From assembly GCF_036321535.1 (NCBI RefSeq), contig NC_087472.1, positions 1,054,001 through 1,118,000 on the forward strand: 64,000 nucleotides of DNA, given 5' to 3'. The stretch's first letter is position 1; every line of letters begins with the position of its first letter. Positions 1-9,900 of the stretch are shown here, piece after piece. The translations under genes were made by a program, and so were the position numbers. Below the pieces are notes generated by a model. That model saw only the letters and a list, made by a program, of their open reading frames with translations, made no database searches and was not told where the DNA came from. The DNA is from Camelus dromedarius (Eukaryota).

Positions 1-947
1 CTCTACGTGGAGAACGAGAGATGGGACGGTAGGTGACATCTCAGGGCCCGGCAGGCAGGCCTGGACTGTGCAGAGTGCGGGAAGGGCCAGACCCTGTGGG
101 GGTGGGACCCTGCCACTTCGCCACCCACCCCCTCCCTCGCTCCCTCCTATATGTACGCGCAGCCAGGTCCTGAGGCTGGCCTTGCCCCCACCGTAGGGGT
201 GCCCTTCATCCTGCGCTGCGGCAAAGCCCTGAATGAGCGCAAGGCCGAGGTGCGCCTGCAGTTCCGCGATGTGGCTGGGGACATCTTCCAGCAGCAGTGC
301 AAGCGGAACGAGCTGGTGATCCGTGTGCAGCCCAACGAGGCCGTGTACACCAAGATGATGACCAAGAAGCCCGGCATGTTCTTCAACCCTGAGGAGTCAG
401 AGTTGGACCTTACCTACGGCAACAGATACAAGGTGGGCACCGGCCAAGGGCAGGAAGCGAGGCCTCGGGGGCAGGGCTTGGTAGGGATGGGGCAGGCATC
501 TCACGGAGCCCCGCCCCCGGCAGAATGTGAAGCTCCCAGACGCATACGAGCGACTCATCCTAGACGTCTTCTGTGGGAGCCAGATGCATTTCGTGCGCAG
601 GTGAGAGCCCACCTTCTCCCACCCTCCCTCCCTCCCTGTCCCCACCACCCACCTAAAGCCTCATGGTGTCCCCACAGTGACGAGCTCCGCGAGGCCTGGC
701 GCATCTTCACTCCGCTGCTGCACAAGATCGAACGCGAGAAGCTGCAGCCCATCCCCTACGTTTATGGCAGGTATAGAAGGTGGAGGTGCTGGGCCGGGCG
801 GGAGGGATGGGGCTCCGGGGCTCCCTCACATCTCCCGTTTGCCTGTCACTCCCCAGCCGAGGCCCGGCCGAGGCAGATGAGCTGATGAAGAGAGTGGGCT
901 TCCAGTACGAGGGGACCTACAAGTGGGTGAACCCCCACAAGCTCTGA
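1..947 (+). CDS. G6PD: Glucose-6-phosphate dehydrogenase, 3' part (last five coding exons; gene starts upstream of window)
   Basis: Exons 1-28 (partial), 197-432, 524-600, 678-770, 857-947, all GT-AG. Spliced translation [32 protein letters not shown]...[41 protein letters not shown]...[30 protein letters not shown] matches the mammalian G6PD C-terminus. Confidence 0.99.
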
Positions 948-1580
948 GCCCTGAGCACTGCCCCACCGCACCCCACCCTCTCGGCCCTACCTCTCTCTGT
1001 CCTTCCTGCCTTCTCACCCTCTGACCCGCATCACATTGGGAGGACTTTGGGACCACAGACCTCAGCCTCACATTCCCGGCCCGGGTGCAGACCCCCCGCT
1101 GCCCAGCGCCCCTGCTGCCCATGGCCCAGGTACATTCCTCCAGCCCCGCGCCGTGACCACCCCTGGCCACCACTGCCCTGCCCGACCAGCTTCTTTCCGC
1201 GGGACGGAGCCACATCGGAAGGAAGGAGAAGCACGGCTCCTCCGGCCCAGCACCTGGGGGAGGACTGGAGTTACCAGCAACAGAGGGTCCGCGGCAGGCC
1301 TCCGTGGGCCAGCTCCTCGGGACTTGGGGAAAGTGGCCATCACGACCACACTAGCCTCAGTGCCACTCAACATCCCTGGTCCCCCATTGCAAGGGACTTC
1401 CGTGTTGCCCAGCCATCCTCCATGTGTCAGCCCCCCCACAAGTGTCCCTCTGCTGCCCCCAGCTCCCCCACCACCCTAAGTGCACTCCACGGCCCACCCC
1501 ATCTCACCCCACCCACAGGTGGTGCCCTCGCTACTGGAAAAGTGGAAGCGCAGGTGGGATGCCCCACCTCGGCCCCTGAC

Positions 1581-1586
1581 ATTAAA
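1581..1586 (+). terminator. Probable G6PD polyadenylation signal ATTAAA
   Basis: ATTAAA hexamer about 630 nt after the stop codon, followed by a U/GU-rich tract (ctgcttgtttctttctt). Confidence 0.7.
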
Positions 1587-1913
1587 TCTACAGACCCGCT
1601 GGTCTCCTGCTTGTTTCTTTCTTACCACCTGTGACCATGGGGACCAATCCCTCACCTCTCCCCATCACCAGGTGGGCCAGGAATGTGTGTGCCCCTCAGC
1701 CCTGACCCCACATCCAGTTACGACCAAGCTCAGTGTCCCCCTCTGCTCTACCTCGCCCCATAGGGTCTTGTCACAAGACCAGCTCGGATGCAGGAACGGG
1801 TCATGTTCAGTTTCAGTTTCCACCCAGATGCTCCCACCCAGGCGGTGCCCCTGCCCCGCACCCGGGCTGCTCTTGAGAAGCAGAGAACCGGCATCCTCGG
1901 CACTCTCCTCACG

Positions 1914-2322
1914 TGTGTTTCCGGGGCTCCTGTAACAGGGCACCACAGCGCTGGGAGGCTTCAGACCGCAGAAATGTCTCCTCTCCCAGAGCTGGAGGCC
2001 AGAGGCCTGAAATCAAGCAGTGGGCAGGGCCATGCTCCCCACCAAACCTCCCGGGGGAGGATTTTTCTTTGTCTCTTCCAGCTTCTGGTGGTGGCTGGTC
2101 TCCTTGGCCTTTCTTGGCTTGTAGACACAGCCCTCCAGTCTCAGTGTCCATCTTTATGTGTCCTTCTCCCTGTGTTTGTCTCCTGTTTCCTCTTTTTATA
2201 AGGACGCCAGTCACACTGGATTAGGGGCCACCCTACTCCAGCAGGACCTCATCTTAACCCCCCTCGATTACCTCTGAAAATGCCCTGTTTCTGAATTAAG
2301 ACCACATCCCGAGGTTCCCGGG
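1914..2322 (-). mobile_element. ERVL-MaLR solo LTR (MLT1B/C-like)
   Basis: Recognisable MLT1 motifs in reverse: ctgtaaca..caccac, cagaaatgt, cttcttggcttgtagac, ttataaggac.ccagtca..ctggattagggg.caccctactccag, ctcatcttaac. Confidence 0.85.
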
Positions 2323-3789
2323 CACACTCCCAGCAAAGGCTGCACCCCCAAGTGTCTGTCCAGCCCCCCCTCTCAGGCTCCACTCCTGACTGAGCACTGG
2401 AGAGACAGCAGCAACTGAACGTGTGGTCCCTGCACTCATGGCCTGGATTCTGGTAGACGCAGCTGACCGGGAGCAGAGTGAACGGACCACATGGTCTGGT
2501 GGTGGTACATTTTCTGGAGGGGACAATCCAGCAGCCTGGCACGTGACCAGGGAAGGATGGCTCAGTGTCCCAGATGAAGGTGGGTGGCAATGGGGCCAGG
2601 CCCTCAAGCTGTTAGCGAGAGCTGGCCCACTGTGGGTCCTCCCTCCAGCTTGGTCTGCGGCCCTCTGTCCCCACCCATCCCTCTGAAGGCAGCTTCCCAA
2701 GGCTTTTAGCTCCAACCCTCGAGGCCTCTCCTCAGCCCGCCACTGACAGCCAGCTGTCTGGAAGCCCTGCGCAGTGCCCTGGGCTGGGGTGCCAGCAGGT
2801 GGGGGCTGGGGCTGAGCCGTGAGCTGAGGCTACCCCTCAGGACTCTAGGGGAGCAGTACGTAGACGGAGAAGAAACCCGAATGGTAGGCTGGCCTGTTCT
2901 ATCCCATGAGCTGGGATGGTGAGTCATGGCCCCAAGTTCACCTGGGCCTAGATTAGAACGGGAGGAAGGAGCTTGCTGGTACAGGGACAGGTCAGAGACC
3001 CTTACGGGTTAACTCTTCCACTGGAATCTGGATGTCGCAGTCCCTCCAAGCCCAGATCTGCACAGAGCAGCTGAGAATGCTCCACTGCACAGGATTAGAG
3101 GCCAGGCTTCCGCTTGGAGGCGGTGGGAGGGCAATGGTCTTGGTCCTCCCTCCTGGTGCCTGTGGCCTCCTGGAGAAGGGGCGGTAGCAAAACTTCGTCG
3201 AGAGCTGACGGGGTTGGCCTAGGGATTCACAGTGTGGCTACAAGCTCTTGCCCTTGACTCTTTGTGGTGCAGCCATGTGCCTGTGAGGGGCAGATGAGGC
3301 TTTGCAAAAGGCCCAGGATGACACAAGAGCCGTGGGCCCCAAGATGGTGGCCGGAAATGGGTAGAGCCCATCTTTGGAGTTGCGGCCATGCCTTCTCCCT
3401 GATTACCACCGGGGAGCATCTGCTACCTGCCCTGGGGAAGAGACATCCAAGACCCCCGGCCTTGGAACTTCAAATGAATCCTCAAAATTTGGCCATCAAG
3501 CCCTCAGGAGAAAAATCACATGAAGGTGTAGGGACCCTCCGTGACCCCACTGGGGTTTTTGTGCTTAGAGCCCCCTTACAGAGCCTCAAGGATGTCTGCA
3601 GACTTTGGGGGACCTAGCAGAGCTGTGTGCCGGGGACAGTCCTTCCCGGTACTCAGGTCCCTTGGGGAGCCCACTGGCATGGCATCACTGAGGGGGCCAC
3701 TCAGAAGCATGGAGCCCGAAGCGGAGAAGGGACCTGGCTCCTCCTGGGCCCCTAACACTTGATAATGGTGTGTGAGCGAGGGGGGGAAA

Positions 3790-5040
3790 CATGGGGACCT
3801 CCCAATCTGACCCTGCTCGGCATGTCCCCGCTGTGACAGACGCATGAGCCCAGGCCAGGGCAGTCAACCAACGACTCCAATCTGGGTGCTACACTGTGGC
3901 GAGATGTGAGGGCCCTGGTGAGGACGCATGGCTGTCACCCGACCTCTGGGTGCCTGTGGTAACAGAGATCAGGGTCCTGACAAGGAGCTATGACCTCAGC
4001 TCTAGGAACCTGAAATGAGGGAGAAGCATGAGGGGCCGGGTGAAAGCAGTCACGGGCCACCTCACCCTGGGGAATACATCCTGACACAGTCCTTAGGGCC
4101 TCACTGAATTGAAAGAAAGTTCACCTCAGCACTGGGGCCCTCCGGTGGGGCACAGGGATGACGGGCTGCTGAGGAGAGAGACCTGTCACCTCACATCAGT
4201 GTGCCTACTACCCTGGGGCAGATGTAACCCATCCCAGGCGAGCACAGACACCTGTCACCTAAGCTCTGGGCGACGACGGTGGCGCTGAGGTATAAGGCCT
4301 TTCACCTGGCACTGAATCTCGACCCAGGAGATTGGGCCCAGCAGGAAGGCCCAGGCGACAACACCCCACAGCCCCCTCAGCTCCAGGCGCCTGCACTGCA
4401 GCCAAGGGGCCCAGATCTCGAAGAGCAACTAACGGCTCGCTCTTGGCGGCCTAGAGCAGGGTGACGCTTCAGCGCCCCGGTGTGGAGAGACACCTGTCAC
4501 TTCAGCTCTAAGCGCCTGACCTTGGGTAACGGCATGACCACCAGGCCAGGCGAGGGGTTTCAGCTGTCACCCCAGATCTGGGTCCCTACTCTGAGACAGG
4601 ACCTGCCGCCCCAAGACGCTGCACACAAGTCTGTGACGGGAGCCACGTGGGGCAGAGAGCACTCCAGTGCCGCTGCGCCTCTGTGTGGCCCCGCGACTGG
4701 GAGAGCCGAGGGCCCAGGCGAGCAAGTCAACTGAACACACAAACTTCAGTACCTACGTTGAAATGGAAAATGAAGGACCCCTGAGGCCATTAAACTGTCA
4801 CCTCAGCTCCAGGTGCAGAGGCAGGGTGCCTACACAGGGGCATGAGCCCGCGGTGTACACCCCACGGTGTCTACACTGTGAAAAGGGAGTGAGAATCAGT
4901 TTAGGGCACCAGCTCTGGGGTGCCTCCACTGGGGCAGGCCCATGAGGACCCGAGGAAACACAGTGACCTGGCAGCTCAGCTACAGGAGCTACCCTGGGGC
5001 ACAGGTGCGACGGCCCAGAGGAGACATCATCAGCCACCAT
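3790..5040. repeat. Degenerate tandem array, unit about 56-70 bp, core (gacac)CTGTCACCTCAGCTCTGGG(tgcc)
   Basis: Exact CTGTCA at 3932, 4183, 4252, 4494, 4564, 4795; variant cores at 3991, 4057, 4121, 4372, 4907; second recurring motif catga(g/c) at about 3843, 4027, 4533, 4841, 4941. Confidence 0.65.
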
Positions 5041-5881
5041 CCACTGGGTGCCAGCACCGGGGCATGGACATGAGGGTCTCATCCTCTCTTTGTCCCCATC
5101 GCAAAACAGTCCCAGAGGAACAAGGATGCCCCACAAGGCACAGAAGACCAGGAACTGAATCCCAGGCCTCCGGCCCATCACTGCTATGGTGTCCCTTGGG
5201 TTGGTGGAGGTGCCTCTGTCCCCTCGGGGGACTCATTAAAACAACCTTTCCAAAATGCCTGCTCTGAGCGAGATGTAAGCACTGCCCTCTAAGAACAGCC
5301 AGGCTGGCGGACGCCCTGCGCCTGGCTGGCAGCCCAAGAGCATGAGTAGTCAGGAGCTTCCTCCACTGGGCCCACAACTACAAGCATTGCTGGGAGGACC
5401 ACAGAGGAGGACATGGTGCCCAGAGTTTGCTGCCCACAAATACCTGAGAGTTTGGCAAATGGTCAGCATCACCCCTGATCCTCCACTCCATGACAGATTC
5501 CAAACACTAACCCCAGGCCGGGGTCCTGAAACTTAGTGCCTTGATCTTGGTGGGGAAAATGAGGGAGCGCTCTGTCTGCCAGTGTAGAAACTACTACTGA
5601 ATGCTGACCAGAGCGCTGTCACTGCCTGGCCCTGTCAGCCTTGTCTGTATTTGGGGCTCTTTCCTCAGGAAGGCTCCCCCTAAGCGGGGTCTTTGGGTCA
5701 GAGGGCGTGGCTGTTTGTGTGATCGTCAGGGCGCCCAGCTGCTGCCCTCCAGAAGGCTGGGTGCAGCTGACAGGGGTGGCCCCAGCTCTCCCAGGGCTGT
5801 GGGGGATCAGGGCGCATTGGGCAGGGTCGGGGACACCTTCCTGAGGGAGGCTAGAGGAGCCGGCAGGAACTTCCCGTAAGT

Positions 5882-5950
5882 GGGTGTTGAACTTTATCCA
5901 AAGCTTTTTCTGCATCTATTGAGATGCTCATATGGTTTTATTCTTTCCAC
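5882..5950 (-). mobile_element. Short L1 ORF2 fragment
   Basis: tgttgaactttatccaaagctttttctgcatctattgagatgctcatatggtttt resembles reverse-strand L1 ORF2 consensus. Confidence 0.6.
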
Positions 5951-6149
5951 GGGGCGGGGGGGGGGGGTGTAGACGCCCCTCCCATCACCAGAGGCGGGAG
6001 CCCGCTTCCCCCTGGGAAACGCCGCACCGGAGGAGCGCACGGAAGGCTGGCCGGCCACATTCTGTTGTCTTCCCCCGTACACTCTTCAGTACCTCCAGCT
6101 TTCTGAAAGGCACATGTGTTAACTTTGAAACAATTTCTAGTTACGCCCC

Positions 6150-6940
6150 CAGATCCATCCGCCCGTTCCTAGGCTTCAGAAACCCGACAGCAGGGAGCGA
6201 GCATGGCCCGAGCCCTCAGCGCCTGGGAAGGCGGGGATCTCCCACCGCAAAGGGGAGGCCTCTGGGGCGGGGCCGAGTGGGGCTCCGCCCACCCCGCCGC
6301 CAGGCAGCTCAGCCTCAGCGGGCGCACGTCAGAGCGGGGCCGGGGGCGGGGCCGACTCGGCCGCTCCCACTCGGTGGCCGGGCCGCTGTGCCCCAGCCGA
6401 CGGATGGCGGGGGTGGCGCCTGCGGGCTGTGCTCCCGCCCCGGGCCGCCATTGCCGGGCCTCTCGGGCCGCGCTGCGCAGCTCCCTCGCTCCACCACGCC
6501 GAGCAAAGCGGGGCGGCAGGTTTGACAGGACGGCCCCCGAAGGAGCTCGCGTCTCCCCACGGTCAGGCAAGTCTCCGGCCGGCCCAGCCCTCGTCGCCGG
6601 TCCCCAGGCCGGAAGGGGCGACCTGGGCGCTGGGCCTCCCACCAGAGGGGCCCGCCTCCGGCAGAACCACTTCCACTTCCCAGCCCCAAAGGCTCCGGTG
6701 GGCACGATCCTGAGCCGACAGGTTCCCGAGGCCCCTCCTGTACCGGCAAAGCTTCTCTCCGCGTTCCCGAGGAGCCTGGCCAGGTAGTTGGACGAACAAG
6801 TCGGTGCACCAATCACGCCCGGCCGGCAGCGGGGGCCCAGCACAGGCTCATCACCCAAACCTGCTCTTCTGCTTTGTTACCCCAGAGTGCACGGTCCCCA
6901 CACAGTGCACCTGCCGGCGGCCCCAATCCAGCAGAAGTGG
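6150..6940 (+). promoter_or_regulatory. CpG island / FAM3A promoter
   Basis: High CpG density, several GGGGCGGGG GC boxes, CCAAT at 6809-6813 and about 6923, ETS-like cacttcc repeats near 6668; directly upstream of the FAM3A ATG. Confidence 0.85.
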
Positions 6941-6942
6941 AC

Positions 6943-9900
6943 ATGAGGTTGGCAGGTGGGTGGCTTCCACAGTGAACGGGAGGGAGTTGGAAAGGAGACC
7001 CGGCCGGACGTCCAGGTGTCCGGAACTCTGTCTGGAAGGGCAGGGGTGGACCACTGGGTTTGGTTTTAGAAATGGAGGACTCCGCAGAAAGACTCATTCT
7101 GTGACCTTGAGCAGATCCTTTCACCTCTGAGGACTTAAGCTTCCCAAGGTGTGAGATGAGGATTACAATAGTCGATTTCTCCCAACTGGGATTACTGGCT
7201 GCCGTTTCCAAAATGAGTTGTGGTGGAGAGACTCCAGGGAGCATGGCAGCAGTGGTCTTGGAGACGGAGCTGACTAAAGTGGCCCTGGGGTTGGATATGA
7301 ACCCAGTGCCAGCCATGCTGTCACCTGGACAACTAAGAGCTCAGGGCTGGGGCAGGCAAATAGAGTCACTGGTCTGTGGAGGTTAATTCAAGCCAGGCAA
7401 CAGAGAAGCAAAGGTGTAAAGACAGTGAAAGGAGGAGAGTGGAGACAGAGAGAACAGCCTGGGACAGAAGCCTGGGAAAGTCCAGCTTTCCAGGGGAGCG
7501 TGGAGGAGGGGCATCTAAGCAAGAAGCATCGAGGAGTGTCCAGATGGGGTTTGCGTGTGCCGTCCTGAACGCTAACAGGACACTGGAGAAGGGTTTCAGC
7601 AAGAGGGCCCACGCAGCCGACCAAGAGGACAAGGAAGATGAGGGCCAACAGGGAACCCAGGACACTGACAGCAAGAAGGTCACAGGCGGTCTTGGCCACA
7701 AGCTGTCCTGGGGGGTGTGACGGAGGCAAGGCCAGACTGGAGTAAGTTGGGGGAAGGTGGGTAAGTCTACTGCAAGAGGCAGCGTTGATGACTTGGGAGG
7801 GGCCGCCATGGAAGAGAAAGGGAGGAGAGACAGGTCAGTGGCTGGCTAGGTATGCGATTCAGAAGGAGGCCTTCCTTCTGCATTTTCACGGGACAGAAGA
7901 TGCTGAAAACGGGAAAGAGTAGACAAGATGATCGCTATTATAAGAAACCTGCGCAGGGGGATGGGGGGAGGGCTCAGAGTTCCAGCTCACAGCAGGTGAA
8001 GGGAGGACTGACTGATCTTCAAAAGGAGTAGGAACCTCCTTCTCCATCATAACGGGAGGAAAAGAGGACAAGATGGGGGGGGGGACCCAAAATCCTGGCA
8101 GCCTCAGAGTCAGGAAGTTAGGAGGCTTCTTGAGCCCTCTTGAACAGTGACTGCTGGAAGGCCCCTCCACACCGGCCTTCACACCTGCCGTGGAGACCCA
8201 AGCTGAGAGCCTTGCAGGTGGAACGCAGTTTCCTCCTTCCACCTGCCAGGAGCTCCAGGCCCCCTCTCACACCTGGAAATGGCTACAGGTCCCCACCCTT
8301 GTGGTCTCCAGTCACTCCATCCCAAGGGGACGGGTTGAGCCATCAGGAGAGGCTGTAGGGTCATTTGGGAGCTCCCTGGCATCTGAGGCGGTCTGGCCCG
8401 TGTCTGTCTTGCCCTGCCTCCAGGCCCGCTCCGCATCGTGGCCCTGGTCATCGCTGTGGGCCTCACCTGGATCGTCGTCAGCATCCTCCTGGGTGGGCCT
8501 GGCAGTGGCTTTCCTCGCATCCAGCAACTCTTCGCCAGTGAGTGTGGGCCCCCCCCCCCCCCGCCCCGCTACCAGGCCCGCCAGGGCGGCCACCTGGGCC
8601 TGCAGGCTGAGGCTCAGGGTGGGGGTTGGGGGGCCTGGGTTTTCCGCGCCATCCGGCAGGCCACCTCCAGCTGCCCTCAGCCTGTCTCCTGGCACCCAGC
8701 ACAGCCTTCCCCCTGCCACCCAGTTGCTTTGACTCCAAACACCAATCCCTACTAATTAGAATCCTTTGCTCAGGTGGAATCAGTGGGACCTGAGTGAGGC
8801 GCGGCGGGGCTTCTCCTGAACACTGGGCATGACACTCCCTGGTTGCCCCTGCGGGATTTGCACTGGGTTTTCAGACGGGGAGGGGACTCTACGCCTTGTT
8901 ACTGGTGATGCGTCATCTAAGTACTTTCTACAATTCCAATTTACCCTTTTCCCGGAGCAGAGAGCTTTGCATCTGAACATCATTTAGACTTGAGCAGGAA
9001 CGAACGTGCCAAGGTCAGCCTGGCTTAGACCCTGGCCCCTGAGCCTGACCCTCCACCTTGACTTCATGGCATAGGGCCAGGCTGCCCTGCTGCGGGCCCT
9101 GGGGAGCCTCCACGCTAACAGACACAACTCTCTGTCCCCACAGGCCCAGAGAACTCGGTGACTGCAGGTAAGGTTCCTGTCACCTCCCCACTCTTCCCCT
9201 GTACCTGCCCCTCTTACTACTTTTGTGACACCCCTGCCTGTCCCCAGTCCTCCAGGGCTTCTATTCTCCATTCATCCCTCCTCAAATGTGCCATCACAGC
9301 CCACTGGAGCTGCATGCATGCTGTGAACCTAGAAAACAAGTTACCTGCTTCCAGAATGCACTAGTGGGATAGGCACAGGACAGACATTCCCATCCCAAAA
9401 GGGAGGAGATGGAAGGAGTTACAGGGGTCATCAGTGCCGAGCAAGTCCAAAACCCAGCAGGGCAAATGTCATTAGGTTTCAAAGCATGAGAAGAATCCCT
9501 GGGCCTGCGGGGTGCAGGGGGAGGGGGCTCTGGAATGGAGGGGACGATCCTGCCCACCCCCCTGGGTCTGTGCCTACTCTGGCCTCTGTAGCCACTGATC
9601 TGCCTTTGGAATCATCCTTCCTCCTTCCATCCTTTCTCTGTCTCTTTCAGTCCAGGCTGGCAGTGTTTCTACTGGTATAAAATTCTCAAAAACCTTGTTG
9701 ATCTCCTGTGCAGTTTATAAGGGTCTAAGCTGTAAGACACAAGGGTCCTCCAGATCTTTCCTAGATAACCTCATCTCTCTGCTCCCACTTCTGCTGACAT
9801 GGCTGAGCGGATCCCCAGGTCACATGCCTCAGCCCTTTACAGACTGTCGTCCAACCTGGGTGTTCTCTCCAGAGCATGCTTTCTTGTTTCCTGAAATAAG

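Noticed and set aside
2423-2686. Peptide GGTFSGGDNPAAWHV faintly like ERVL integrase (GTIPRGDQPATWWQV)
   Set aside because: Similarity is short and weak, and on the opposite strand to the adjacent LTR; needs a profile search to be credible.
2920-2926. Single TGAGTCA downstream of G6PD as a possible NRF2 element
   Set aside because: Lacks the GC dinucleotide of the ARE consensus; isolated AP-1 heptamers recur several times in the window by chance.
3790-5040. Repeat-spacer-like layout resembling a CRISPR array
   Set aside because: Mammalian DNA; cores are heavily degenerate, spacers resemble each other, and there are no cas genes. Kept only as a degenerate tandem array.
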